From the IMG/VR virus record IMGVR_UViG_3300035180_000124, positions 1 through 58,428 of that record: a stretch of 58,428 nucleotides of DNA. One strand, given 5' to 3'. Shown piece after piece: positions 17,399-25,885 of the stretch (positions are counted from its first letter, which is position 1; each line of letters starts with the position of its first letter). Position numbers and translations under genes: made by a program. This stretch comes from a virus (Duplodnaviria > Caudoviricetes). The notes beneath the pieces are model-generated. The model did no database searches, was not told the DNA's origin, and saw only the letters and a list, made by a program, of their open reading frames with translations.

Positions 17399-17619
17399 CA
17401 GCACTCACAACCCCTCACCAAATCTCAACCTACCGCCTAGCAACGCTGCGCACCGCCCTCAAACTGGAGAAACTCGGCATGAACATGAGCCGAGGCCCCA
17501 GCGCCCTGTCCATCCTGCGTGGCATGGGCTACAAGGGCAAGCGAGACGCCATCCTTGCGCAGGTGACCAAGGACGTGGCCGACGCGATAGCGGCGATGGA
17601 ACAGAACGTCGCAAGCTGA
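17395..17619 (+). CDS. Early hypothetical protein
   Basis: AAGGAG RBS; MTALTTP...LKLEKLGM. Confidence 0.75.
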   Translation: MTALTTPHQISTYRLATLRTALKLEKLGMNMSRGPSALSILRGMGYKGKRDAILAQVTKDVADAIAAMEQNVAS

Positions 17620-17632
17620 CGGGTGTCAACAA

Positions 17633-17650
17633 GTGGGACAGGTGTCCCAC
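17633..17650. repeat. 18-bp palindrome copy 5
   Basis: GTGGGACAGGTGTCCCAC, preceded by GTCAACAA as in copy 1. Confidence 0.9.
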
Positions 17651-17670
17651 CCAACGGTGTTCACCGTTGG

Positions 17671-17704
17671 AAACGGTTAGCAGCCTGCCGTCTCAGGCTG
17701 CACT
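17671..17704 (+). promoter_or_regulatory. Leader hairpin element copy B
   Basis: AAACGGTTAGCAGCCTGCCGTCTCAGGCTGCACT; compensatory stem change relative to copy A. Confidence 0.65.
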
Positions 17705-17722
17705 TGTAACGAGGAATAGAAA

Positions 17723-19456
17723 ATGACATACGAAACCAACCTGAGCACTGCGCAACGACTCATGACCTGCTTGGAGATGTACTCACGCATCAACCGCTTC
17801 ATGGCGGAGCACAACGCCTTCATGGCCGAGCCAGACGTTTTCAAACTGCGCACTCTGAGCAAAAAAGTGGGCGCGGGCACCGCATCGGTTAAGGAGGATA
17901 CGCACGTCATATGGGTGTACGAGTACTACATGTACCTAGAGAACGACAAGGGCTACAACGGGGAGTCACGTATCCTCGAACTGCGCACAGCCCTGAACGA
18001 CCTCAACACCTTCAGGTTCCCCCGGCCACCGACACAGGCTTACCTAGCAGGGGTGCACCGGGAGCGCATGGAGCGCTTGACTAGCCCGCGTAATGTGGTT
18101 GTCCACTATGCCAGAGCGCTTGCTGGCCGGGAGTGGCACCATCGGGAGCAGAATCGCGGGTACATTCATAATGCTGTGTTCCGTGCATGGGACTGTGCGC
18201 AGCCCGACAGTACCGAGCAGCTCGTGATGGAGTGGCCGCGTGTCAGCAAGCAGGGTGACCACATGATCGCCTATACCCGCGACGAGAAGTACGGCGAGGC
18301 TGACCGCCAACTGACCACATCGGTCGGCAAGTATCTGGCGCGGCACTTCCCCGCGCTTAGCTCCAACGTCATCCGTGACATTGCTGCGCTGTACGTCGAG
18401 GCCGATATCGAGATCACGCACGACCACGCCATGATGATGGAGATTATCGAGAACGGCCCCGGCTCTTGCATGAGCGGCGAGTCGGACGGGTTCTCCGGTT
18501 GTGGCGACCATCACCCCTACGAGGCGTACGACCCGAAGTATGGCTGGCACATGGCGTACATCAAGGAGGGTAACAGTTTCACGGGTCGCGCACTACTCAA
18601 CGACGACAAGTGGGTGCGCACATACCGGGGCAGCAACCGGCAGAGCTACTCGGACACAGACGAGCGACTCAACGCATGGTTGCGTGAGCAGGGGTACAGC
18701 AAGGCGCATGACTGGAAGGGGTACAAGCTGGCACGCATCGACGTGCGCAACGACTGCGGGTTCGTGGCCCCGTACCTAGACGGCGGCAGCAAGGACGTTG
18801 AACTGCACCGCGACCATCTGTTGGTAGTAGGCTCCGGTGACGGCGAGTACGACTGCTGCAACACGGACGGTAACGCAGACGAGCGCAATAGTTGCAGCTG
18901 CGGTTGCTGCGGTAACCGCACGAGCGAGGACGAATTATTCAGTGTCGGTCGGCATGGTGACGAGAGCGTGTGTTTGAACTGCTACGAGAACGACTACACC
19001 ACGGTGTATGGGCGCAGGGGCGAGCAGTATGCGATACCCAACAGTGACGCTATCGAGGCTGACGGCGAGTACTACGACCCCGCGTGGCTGTCCGACAATG
19101 ACATCGTGGAGTTACATGACGGCGACTACACATACCGGGGCAGCGTAACGTGGATCGAGAGCGTGAGTGCGTACTACCCATCCGACTCGGATGACATCTG
19201 CTACACCAAGGCAGGCGATAACGAGATGCGTGACGACTGCGTAGAGCTGGCCGATGGCGAGTGGTGCTTGACCGATGAGGCGTGGATGTGCGAGCACAGC
19301 GGTGACTGGTACGCCGATGACGTTGACTACGTGACGACCAAAGGCGGCAAACGTATCCATCCCGACCATGCCGACGAGTACATCCTAGAGAACGCCGAGC
19401 AGCAAGAGCTGCCCCTTGAGCTAAGTGAGACACCTGTCCCACTGACAACAATCTAA
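17723..19456 (+). CDS. Large early protein with SCM/GRAL/PYLD motifs and Cys-rich acidic C-terminal repeats
   Basis: 577 aa; GPGSCMS, GRALL, RTY, PYLD, then CxCC/CxxC and acidic repeats. Confidence 0.8.
   Translation: MTYETNLSTAQRLMTCLEMYSRINRFMAEHNAFMAEPDVFKLRTLSKKVGAGTASVKEDTHVIWVYEYYMYLENDKGYNGESRILELRTALNDLNTFRFPRPPTQAYLAGVHRERMERLTSPRNVVVHYARALAGREWHHREQNRGYIHNAVFRAWDCAQPDSTEQLVMEWPRVSKQGDHMIAYTRDEKYGEADRQLTTSVGKYLARHFPALSSNVIRDIAALYVEADIEITHDHAMMMEIIENGPGSCMSGESDGFSGCGDHHPYEAYDPKYGWHMAYIKEGNSFTGRALLNDDKWVRTYRGSNRQSYSDTDERLNAWLREQGYSKAHDWKGYKLARIDVRNDCGFVAPYLDGGSKDVELHRDHLLVVGSGDGEYDCCNTDGNADERNSCSCGCCGNRTSEDELFSVGRHGDESVCLNCYENDYTTVYGRRGEQYAIPNSDAIEADGEYYDPAWLSDNDIVELHDGDYTYRGSVTWIESVSAYYPSDSDDICYTKAGDNEMRDDCVELADGEWCLTDEAWMCEHSGDWYADDVDYVTTKGGKRIHPDHADEYILENAEQQELPLELSETPVPLTTI
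19425..19442. repeat. 18-bp palindrome copy 6 (one arm mismatch)
   Basis: GTGAGACACCTGTCCCAC inside the 3' end of the 577-aa gene, just upstream of the peptidase gene. Confidence 0.8.
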
Positions 19457-19470
19457 CCTACGAGAACCCT

Positions 19471-20613
19471 ATGAAAAAGAAACAGACCATGATCTACAAG
19501 ACCCTGCACCGCGCACTTAGCGTGATGCGCCCACACAACTCGGTGGGCAGCGTGATGTTCACGGAGTGGCTGATCGACCAGCTACCTGAGCGCCTGCGTA
19601 ATGCAGCGTGGCTGGATACTGCAAACAACGTGCACATCGACAACCGCACACACGATGGACACAAGACGCTGTTCGTAGCGCACGTCGATACTGTGCACCG
19701 CACCACAGGGGCCAACAAGGTACGCAAGACTACATCGGTCTGGTATGCGGACGGCGCTGCGCTCGGTGCGGATGATGGCGTGGGCTGTGCGCTGTTGATG
19801 CACATGATCCACGCTGCTGTGCCGGGGTACTACATATTCACGCAGGGCGAGGAGTGCGGGGGCATTGGGTCTAAGCACTTGGCTGCACAGTACCCGCTGC
19901 TGCTGGCGCAGTTCGACCGTGCCATTGCGTTCGACCGCCGGGGTACCGATAGCGTCATCAGCCACCAAGGGTACGGGCGCTGCTGCTCTGATGCGTTCGC
20001 CGATGCGCTGGCCGATGCGCTTAACGCTACCGACGAGACGTTGATGTACTCACCCGACAACACAGGTGTGTACACAGACACAGCCGAGTTCACTGACATC
20101 ATCCCCGAGTGCACCAACGTGAGCTGCGGGTACATGTACGAGCACAGCGAGCGTGAGCAGCTTGACATGATCCACTTCGACTTGCTGGCCGAGGCTGTGC
20201 TGGTGATCGACTGGGATGGGCTTGTGACTGAGCGTGACCCGACTGTGCCTGACCCCGAGGATACGTTCGTTGGCAATACGTGGTGGTCTACGTACAAGGA
20301 TAGCGTGAAGAAGTGCCCAACCAATGACCAGTATGGCAAGTGGCCTTCGTGGCAGAACGACGACGATGTGGCCATGCTCGACGAGGACGAGTACCTGTTC
20401 GAGTGCCTGCTCGATGCGCAGCAAGGGTTCTTGACGGGTGTCATCGACATGATGGCCAAGAGCGTGTACCCGGAGGAGCCAGAGATGGCGATCAAGTTCA
20501 TCGACCGCAAGAAGCTGACCGATGAGGTCATCACGATGGCGATGGGCATGTGTGGGTACAACGATGTTGACAGCATCCTGTGCACTTTGTTTGATATGGC
20601 TTACGCCGAATAA
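19471..20613 (+). CDS. Zn-dependent peptidase, M28/M20 (clan MH)-like
   Basis: AHVDTV, GADDGVG, GEECGGIGS, AFDRRG and a distal EH provide the bimetal ligands. Confidence 0.85.
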   Translation: MKKKQTMIYKTLHRALSVMRPHNSVGSVMFTEWLIDQLPERLRNAAWLDTANNVHIDNRTHDGHKTLFVAHVDTVHRTTGANKVRKTTSVWYADGAALGADDGVGCALLMHMIHAAVPGYYIFTQGEECGGIGSKHLAAQYPLLLAQFDRAIAFDRRGTDSVISHQGYGRCCSDAFADALADALNATDETLMYSPDNTGVYTDTAEFTDIIPECTNVSCGYMYEHSEREQLDMIHFDLLAEAVLVIDWDGLVTERDPTVPDPEDTFVGNTWWSTYKDSVKKCPTNDQYGKWPSWQNDDDVAMLDEDEYLFECLLDAQQGFLTGVIDMMAKSVYPEEPEMAIKFIDRKKLTDEVITMAMGMCGYNDVDSILCTLFDMAYAE

Positions 20614-20622
20614 GGAGCTGAC

Positions 20623-21447
20623 ATGCTGACAATAATGACCAAGCTGCGAGCGATGACCGCCAAGCAGCTACACAACACACTGATGGCCGAGTACCCCGAC
20701 AACCTAGAGATGCGCGAGAGCATCAAGGCGGGCATCAACAAGGAGCGTGAGGACAAGCGCGTACACCGCATCAAGCGACAGCAGCAGCTCAAGGCATGGG
20801 CGCCCCTCATCCATCAGGCGTACAAGGCAGTCAACACACCCAAGGCTAGGGAACGCAAGGCGCAGGAGTTGTACGCCTCCCCTATGGGGTACGGTAGCCC
20901 GTATGAGGCGCAGTTCGATGACTCGCCCAGCCAGCTAGCACTCCACACCTACAAAGCATACGTGGCACTGGTGCAGAAGGTGGCCGACAAGCTGCGCGGG
21001 TACAGGGATGCAGGGACGCACACCCCCAAGCAGTTGGCCAAGGAGAAGGGTATACCCAACGAGGGCGAGCACTGGTCTGACTGGATACCCGAGCAGATCA
21101 AGGCAGCAACCGTACGAGCGTTCGACAGACTGAACGAGGAGAAGCCATTGGCGCTGTTCCCCCGCACGTTCTACGCGCCGCCCAAGGAGGCACCGTACAA
21201 GCCACGCAAGCATAAGCCGAAGAGGGAACGGTCATTGTCGCGTGTGGAGCAGCTACGCGCAGAGCTACTTGAGGCAGACAAACTGTGCTTGGAGCGCCCC
21301 ACGCGTGAGAACCTCGAGCAGCGTGACACGCTCATACTAATGAAGGAGGAGGCAGCAAGGGAGAAACGTCGTGAGTACGCGAAGAAGTACAACGACAAGA
21401 TACGCGCTGAGTTACAGGCGTGGAGGGCTAAGCAAAATGAGAGTTGA
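20623..21447 (+). CDS. Hypothetical protein
   Basis: TAAGGAG RBS; 274 aa; HWSDWIP motif. Confidence 0.8.
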   Translation: MLTIMTKLRAMTAKQLHNTLMAEYPDNLEMRESIKAGINKEREDKRVHRIKRQQQLKAWAPLIHQAYKAVNTPKARERKAQELYASPMGYGSPYEAQFDDSPSQLALHTYKAYVALVQKVADKLRGYRDAGTHTPKQLAKEKGIPNEGEHWSDWIPEQIKAATVRAFDRLNEEKPLALFPRTFYAPPKEAPYKPRKHKPKRERSLSRVEQLRAELLEADKLCLERPTRENLEQRDTLILMKEEAAREKRREYAKKYNDKIRAELQAWRAKQNES

Positions 21448-21580
21448 AGAAGACACCTACATGGGCGACGACGATGCGCCCGACTACGAACCCGGCATTT
21501 GCCCGGACTGCAACGGCAGCGGCGAAGGCCATAACGAAGGCACTACGTGCCGCACTTGTAACGGAGAAGGAGAAATATGA
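21437..21580 (+). CDS. Small DnaJ-type zinc-finger protein
   Basis: CPDCNGSG and CRTCNGEG (CxxCxGxG) repeats. Confidence 0.7.
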   Translation: MRVEEDTYMGDDDAPDYEPGICPDCNGSGEGHNEGTTCRTCNGEGEI

Positions 21581-21804
21581 ACTACGACTTGAATACAAAA
21601 GACGGTATGGCCAACTCAATGGCATGGACTGAGACCATGTTCTCAATGATGCGCGATGGCGCGCTGTGGGTTGTTCCGCGCAGCATGATGCGGCTCAAGA
21701 TTTACCCCAGCAAGAAGGAGGCAGAGGTCATACGCGGGCACACGCGGGATGACTCCATCGAGCGCGTCATCAAGGCAATGGGTTGGACGGTGACAATTTT
21801 ATAA
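21577..21804 (+). CDS. Hypothetical protein
   Basis: AAGGAG RBS; overlaps the previous stop. Confidence 0.75.
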   Translation: MNYDLNTKDGMANSMAWTETMFSMMRDGALWVVPRSMMRLKIYPSKKEAEVIRGHTRDDSIERVIKAMGWTVTIL

Positions 21805-21860
21805 ATTGTACCCCCCCCCTGAAAAGGGGAGAGGGTTCTAGAATCATTCAGGAGAAATAA

Positions 21861-22601
21861 ATGACATTCAAGCTAAGAAAGCGGCACAACCCGCTACCCC
21901 CCGTGCCGTTCATCCACCCCGGCAAACTGGAGATGTTGCTGCACGGGACACCAGACCCTGACCGAAGGGATAAACCGCCCTTATCAGAGGGTGCGATAGA
22001 AGCAAAACGGCTACTCGCCGTAGCACAGCAAGCGTACGTTAAACAACAGGAGAATCAAATGGCCGACATGAAAACAGCACTATCCAAAGTAATCAACGAG
22101 TGGGACAAAGACGCCCCTGCACCAACGGAGTACAAGCAAGACGGGCGCACCACTACGGGTGTCAGTCAAGCCACGTTCGAGTACGTGAGACGCAACCCCG
22201 GTAAGACCAAGGCCGTAGCGATACGCGATCTTGAATTGCAAGGCTACAAGCCAACGTCCACGACTACACTGCTGAGCGCAATGGTGCGGCAGAAGCAAAT
22301 CCTCGTGGACACCGATGGGAAGCTGCGCACAGCCGCCGACCACTACACCCCGGTCAAGTATGTGCCGAGCAGCAAGGCCGCGAAGCCAGTGAAGCCAGTG
22401 AAGCCAGTGAAGCCAGCGCCCAAGCAAGTCAAAGAGGAAGCCCCGCAAGGCTTGGCAGCGTTGTACGTGCAGCCTACCGCAGAACCCGAGCGTGCTGCTG
22501 TACCAAAGCCAACCCCAACGACCGCACAACAAGTGCTTGAGACGCTCAACGTCAAGGAAGCGTACGAGTTGTTCCTAGCGCTGGCCAAGATGTTTGCATA
22601 A
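21861..22601 (+). CDS. Hypothetical protein, possible winged-helix; internal in-frame RBS/start at 22059
   Basis: AGGAG RBS at both 21850 and ~22048; KPV repeats at ~22382-22417. Confidence 0.75.
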   Translation: MTFKLRKRHNPLPPVPFIHPGKLEMLLHGTPDPDRRDKPPLSEGAIEAKRLLAVAQQAYVKQQENQMADMKTALSKVINEWDKDAPAPTEYKQDGRTTTGVSQATFEYVRRNPGKTKAVAIRDLELQGYKPTSTTTLLSAMVRQKQILVDTDGKLRTAADHYTPVKYVPSSKAAKPVKPVKPVKPAPKQVKEEAPQGLAALYVQPTAEPERAAVPKPTPTTAQQVLETLNVKEAYELFLALAKMFA

Positions 22602-22611
22602 GGAGCAGCAC

Positions 22612-22797
22612 ATGATCGCCTACATCAAAGAACGCTTGCGCCAGCCAACACCGCTGGAGATGGTCACGAAGGAGTTAGCTATGGCCCACCTAGCCAAGCT
22701 CGAAGCAGAGACCGCCGCCGACTACGCCAAGAGCGTGGTTGCCTACAACGATGCACGTATCAAGCGCTTAGAGGTGCACTTGAAGGAGAAAGCATGA
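22612..22797 (+). CDS. Hypothetical protein
   Basis: TAAGGAG RBS; start MIAYIKE. Confidence 0.75.
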   Translation: MIAYIKERLRQPTPLEMVTKELAMAHLAKLEAETAADYAKSVVAYNDARIKRLEVHLKEKA

Positions 22798-22958
22798 GCT
22801 GCAACAACAACTGTGACCAAGGTAAAACTTGCAATTGCGTTATGAAAGACCGCAGCGTATTCATGGACGTAATGGAGGGATTCATAACCCTCGCCGTTAT
22901 TGTCGGTGTCATCACTAGCGTGTGCATGATGTTCGGATACATCTGGTATCGCACATGA
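22794..22958 (+). CDS. Small Cys-rich membrane protein (54 aa)
   Basis: AAGGAG RBS; MSCNNNCDQGKTCNC followed by a hydrophobic segment; ATGA overlaps on both sides. Confidence 0.65.
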   Translation: MSCNNNCDQGKTCNCVMKDRSVFMDVMEGFITLAVIVGVITSVCMMFGYIWYRT

Positions 22959-23134
22959 ACTGCCCCAACTGCAAGACACCGAAGATGCCCGTCACGCTGA
23001 CCCGCGTGAAGGAAGACCATGTGTACCGCCGCCGCATCTGCACGCACTGCGGTGTGCGTATGACCACCGTTGAGATGTACTCCAAGGGCAACCTTGACAT
23101 ACCGATACCTGAAACTAAAAGGAGAAAGAAATGA
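22955..23134 (+). CDS. NrdR-like zinc-ribbon protein
   Basis: MNCPNC...TR...RRRICTHCGVRMTTVE matches the NrdR N-terminal ribbon; no ATP-cone domain. Confidence 0.75.
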   Translation: MNCPNCKTPKMPVTLTRVKEDHVYRRRICTHCGVRMTTVEMYSKGNLDIPIPETKRRKK

Positions 23135-23265
23135 GCGAGTTAACAGAGGCCAGCTTAGAGGCCATGCTCATGACTTGGCCTTTCCCACCATTTCCAACAC
23201 CAATACCGGCCAAAGAAGCGCCGGTAAAGTTTAACCCTGACCACCATGAGGAGTCCCCATTTTGA
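23131..23265 (+). CDS. Small Pro-rich hypothetical protein
   Basis: AAGGAG RBS; MSELTEAS...WPFPPFP...EESPF. Confidence 0.6.
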   Translation: MSELTEASLEAMLMTWPFPPFPTPIPAKEAPVKFNPDHHEESPF

Positions 23266-23513
23266 AACTCGTAGCAGGCAACCCAAACCTAATGAAGGTC
23301 AACAAGTCCGTGGGCCTTGGCACCTTTGCCCAGACAGCCGGTGACTTAGGCCAAGTCAAAGTACGTCGGGGATATGTGCCCACTGAGCGTGATCCTAGCC
23401 TTGTGCCACCAGCCACGAACTCATTGTGGTCACAACCAACTTACAAGCCAGACCACAGCGCCTACCAGCGCCCCGGCTCTGACCACTCACACATTAAACG
23501 CAGGGGGTTCTGA
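23262..23513 (+). CDS. Hypothetical protein
   Basis: GAGGAG RBS; tiles the operon; C-terminal RPGSD...RGF. Confidence 0.65.
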   Translation: MKLVAGNPNLMKVNKSVGLGTFAQTAGDLGQVKVRRGYVPTERDPSLVPPATNSLWSQPTYKPDHSAYQRPGSDHSHIKRRGF

Positions 23514-23800
23514 TGAAAGAAGAATGGCTATTTCCCGGAGCGATGGTTCCGGTAGACATGGAAACAACAGCGGCCCTTGTGGCCGAAATCAAACGGCTGA
23601 TCGACGTTGTTGGTGGCTTGGTACCATCGCAGGAAGCAATCTACGGCATGAACCAAGACGATTGGAAAAACGTAGTTGCCGCGATAGCCAAGGTGCGTGA
23701 TGGTAGGGGCATGTACCTAGCATGTCGCCCTGCGGATGTGTTCCAAGATTGGTTCTTGGCGCTTGGTATAGCTAAAGTAAAGGACAGGGGGAATACATGA
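23513..23800 (+). CDS. Hypothetical protein
   Basis: Stop/start overlap tiling. Confidence 0.65.
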   Translation: MKEEWLFPGAMVPVDMETTAALVAEIKRLIDVVGGLVPSQEAIYGMNQDDWKNVVAAIAKVRDGRGMYLACRPADVFQDWFLALGIAKVKDRGNT

Positions 23801-24051
23801 CCGAGATTGACGCCCTTATCGCTATTGCATTCGACACGTTTGTATGCAGGGACATAAGTTCTGCGGAACCCAATCCGTACTTTGCCAAACCCCCGTACAC
23901 CCCGTTTGCAATGAACGACAAACACCCTGAAGGCGTACACGGCATCTACAACGCACAGGGTATCAACTGCCTCCGCTTTCGGGACAAGCCCGGATCGGTA
24001 TTTACAACCAAAGAAAACGCCATAGCATTGGCAGAAAGCTGGAACACATGA
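23797..24051 (+). CDS. Hypothetical protein
   Basis: ATGA overlap tiling. Confidence 0.65.
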   Translation: MTEIDALIAIAFDTFVCRDISSAEPNPYFAKPPYTPFAMNDKHPEGVHGIYNAQGINCLRFRDKPGSVFTTKENAIALAESWNT

Positions 24052-24185
24052 ACGACTTATTCAAACCGCACCAATGCCCACGATGCTTTGGGTTATTCAA
24101 TGTGGGAGACAGGTTTTGGAATGACTCAGGGACTGTGTACCACTGGGTGTGCTGGGTAAATAAATCGAAGGAGAAGAACACATGA
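24048..24185 (+). CDS. Small hypothetical protein (CxxC...HxxC)
   Basis: MNDLFKPHQCPRC...YHWVC; ATGA overlaps. Confidence 0.55.
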   Translation: MNDLFKPHQCPRCFGLFNVGDRFWNDSGTVYHWVCWVNKSKEKNT

Positions 24186-24334
24186 ACCACGAAATGCAAC
24201 GCATCATGGAAGCACTGATGCTGATCTACGGCAGAGACTTACAAGCTGCCACGATCACAGTGCTACTCAAGGACGGCGACACAGCCTTTCGCTTTTTATC
24301 CTCAACCTTTCCTCAAGTGGAGACAGAGAAATGA
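24182..24334 (+). CDS. Small hypothetical protein
   Basis: AAGGAG RBS; start MNHEMQRIMEAL. Confidence 0.65.
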   Translation: MNHEMQRIMEALMLIYGRDLQAATITVLLKDGDTAFRFLSSTFPQVETEK

Positions 24335-24570
24335 CGTCAACTGAAAAAGCAATCAGAGACTTTTGCGGACATCACGCAGACTGGTGGCCCTCTACTACTC
24401 AAGTGCAAGAGATGTTGGCTTTGGCGCAGCCATGCCCTACCTGTGTATCGTTAGCCCGTGCTGTGATGATGGATCAAACGAGCCATGACCAATTCAAGCC
24501 CGACTGGAACACCGAAGCGGTGCTGGTTGACTGCCCCCGTTGCGGACACGTTTGCTCACGGGATTTATAA
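24331..24570 (+). CDS. Hypothetical protein
   Basis: GGAG RBS; two CxxC motifs. Confidence 0.6.
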   Translation: MTSTEKAIRDFCGHHADWWPSTTQVQEMLALAQPCPTCVSLARAVMMDQTSHDQFKPDWNTEAVLVDCPRCGHVCSRDL

Positions 24571-24866
24571 TGCTTTTTAATTTGTTCACTAAAAAATTCT
24601 GGCTTATCAAGCGCGCTAATTTGCGCATGATTAAATACCAATATTTTTACTCTTGGCAAAATGGTTTGCGACTTATTTTTGCCGTAATTTGGGGCGCAAT
24701 ATTTTTGACATTGATTGCCCTTCCTGCAAGCATTTTTGAATGGTTAAATGATACCATTACGGCAATAATTCCACAATGGATGAAAGTTGACGAAAATCCA
24801 GAATGGCAAAAAATGAAGCATATCCAAAGGCGTGAGCATATGCAATCTCTTAAAGACTGGGAATAA
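24570..24866 (+). CDS. AT-rich predicted membrane protein
   Basis: TAATG overlap; hydrophobic LIFAVIWGAIFLTLIALPASIF; visibly lower GC than neighbours. Confidence 0.6.
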   Translation: MLFNLFTKKFWLIKRANLRMIKYQYFYSWQNGLRLIFAVIWGAIFLTLIALPASIFEWLNDTITAIIPQWMKVDENPEWQKMKHIQRREHMQSLKDWE

Positions 24867-24943
24867 GAAGACGCAATGCTGGAGCGCCAAACTGCCCGCA
24901 TCGTTGACTTGCAAACACACATTGAGAACTTTGAGGGGGAAGA

Positions 24944-25105
24944 ATGAAAGCACGAATAGTAAGACGACCCGAGGGCTGGTACAACGTCGAGACACGTAGC
25001 TGGTACTGGCCTTTTTGGATTCACCGCAGAATGTGTTACCACGGAACAACAGCTTTGGCATGGGCGAAATACTATACAAATCCTGAAATTACGGTGATGC
25101 CATGA
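24944..25105 (+). CDS. Small Trp-rich hypothetical protein
   Basis: GAGGGGG RBS; MKARIVRRPEGWYNVETRSWYWPFW; ATGA overlap with the next gene. Confidence 0.6.
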   Translation: MKARIVRRPEGWYNVETRSWYWPFWIHRRMCYHGTTALAWAKYYTNPEITVMP

Positions 25106-25299
25106 CCGAGCAACGCTACCTAGCCGGGGGCCAAGAGTTCTTCTACCCCCACGCTGGCGACCCACCGGCGCCTGAGAGTACCAAGCTGCTGTTGCTTACT
25201 ACCGGTGGCATCTGCACCACCGGGACGTGGGACAACAACTGGTGCTTGGGCTGGCTACCACTACCTAAACGCAACATGAAAAAGGAAGACATGAAATGA
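25102..25299 (+). CDS. Hypothetical protein (ends GWLPLP)
   Basis: KLLLLTTGG...GTW...GWLPLP pattern of small phage proteins. Confidence 0.7.
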   Translation: MTEQRYLAGGQEFFYPHAGDPPAPESTKLLLLTTGGICTTGTWDNNWCLGWLPLPKRNMKKEDMK

Positions 25300-25586
25300 C
25301 TGCTGCTGAGAAAATTATCAACGACTGCGTGAACCCCTTCAACGAGCACCAGCGCCAGATGCTGCGTGGCCTGAGTGACGTGCGTGCGGACAACAATTAC
25401 CTCGAAGTAAACCGCAAGCTGCAGGACTACATCGAGACACTGCGTGACATCTACCCGGAGATGTTCCACACGGACAAGACGCTCAAGCACCGCGTGTTCA
25501 TGGATGAGCCTCGCTCACTAGCAATGCCGTTCGCCCGCTTCGTACGACCACGTTCTCAATCACCCATCCAACAAGGAAACAAATGA
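25296..25586 (+). CDS. Hypothetical protein
   Basis: ATGA overlap tiling. Confidence 0.7.
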   Translation: MTAAEKIINDCVNPFNEHQRQMLRGLSDVRADNNYLEVNRKLQDYIETLRDIYPEMFHTDKTLKHRVFMDEPRSLAMPFARFVRPRSQSPIQQGNK

Positions 25587-25885
25587 ACGCAGTAAAAGTA
25601 GAAAACGGCAAACTCGTTTGCCCCAAATGCGGAGACACGTACTTGCACCACGGTAGAGTGCGTATCTTTACACGTCTTGGAGAAGACGGTACTCGGGGGT
25701 GTCTCGTCGATTCGTACGGGTTCGACACCACAGTAAGTGCAAACGCCCTTATGGATGGGTGCCCCAGCAGTAGACGCGATGGCCTGACCATTGAAATGAG
25801 TTGCGAAATTTGCGGGGAAGATGTTGGTCGCCTTGTAATAGCGCAACACAAAGGAGAAACTTTTATGGAATGGAACTTACCATGA
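25583..25885 (+). CDS. Zn-binding hypothetical protein
   Basis: CPKCG..YLHH...CEIC...QHKGET. Confidence 0.7.
   Translation: MNAVKVENGKLVCPKCGDTYLHHGRVRIFTRLGEDGTRGCLVDSYGFDTTVSANALMDGCPSSRRDGLTIEMSCEICGEDVGRLVIAQHKGETFMEWNLP

Noticed and set aside
15692-19442. CRISPR array interpretation of the 18-bp palindromes together with the Cas4-like nuclease
   Set aside because: Spacing is irregular (136 to ~1800 bp) with genes in between. The nuclease sits in the replication module, as is common in phages, and no other cas genes are present.
21806-21845. C-run/G-run hairpin before gene 21861
   Set aside because: It has no U-tract and promoter spacing is unconvincing, so its function is unsupported.
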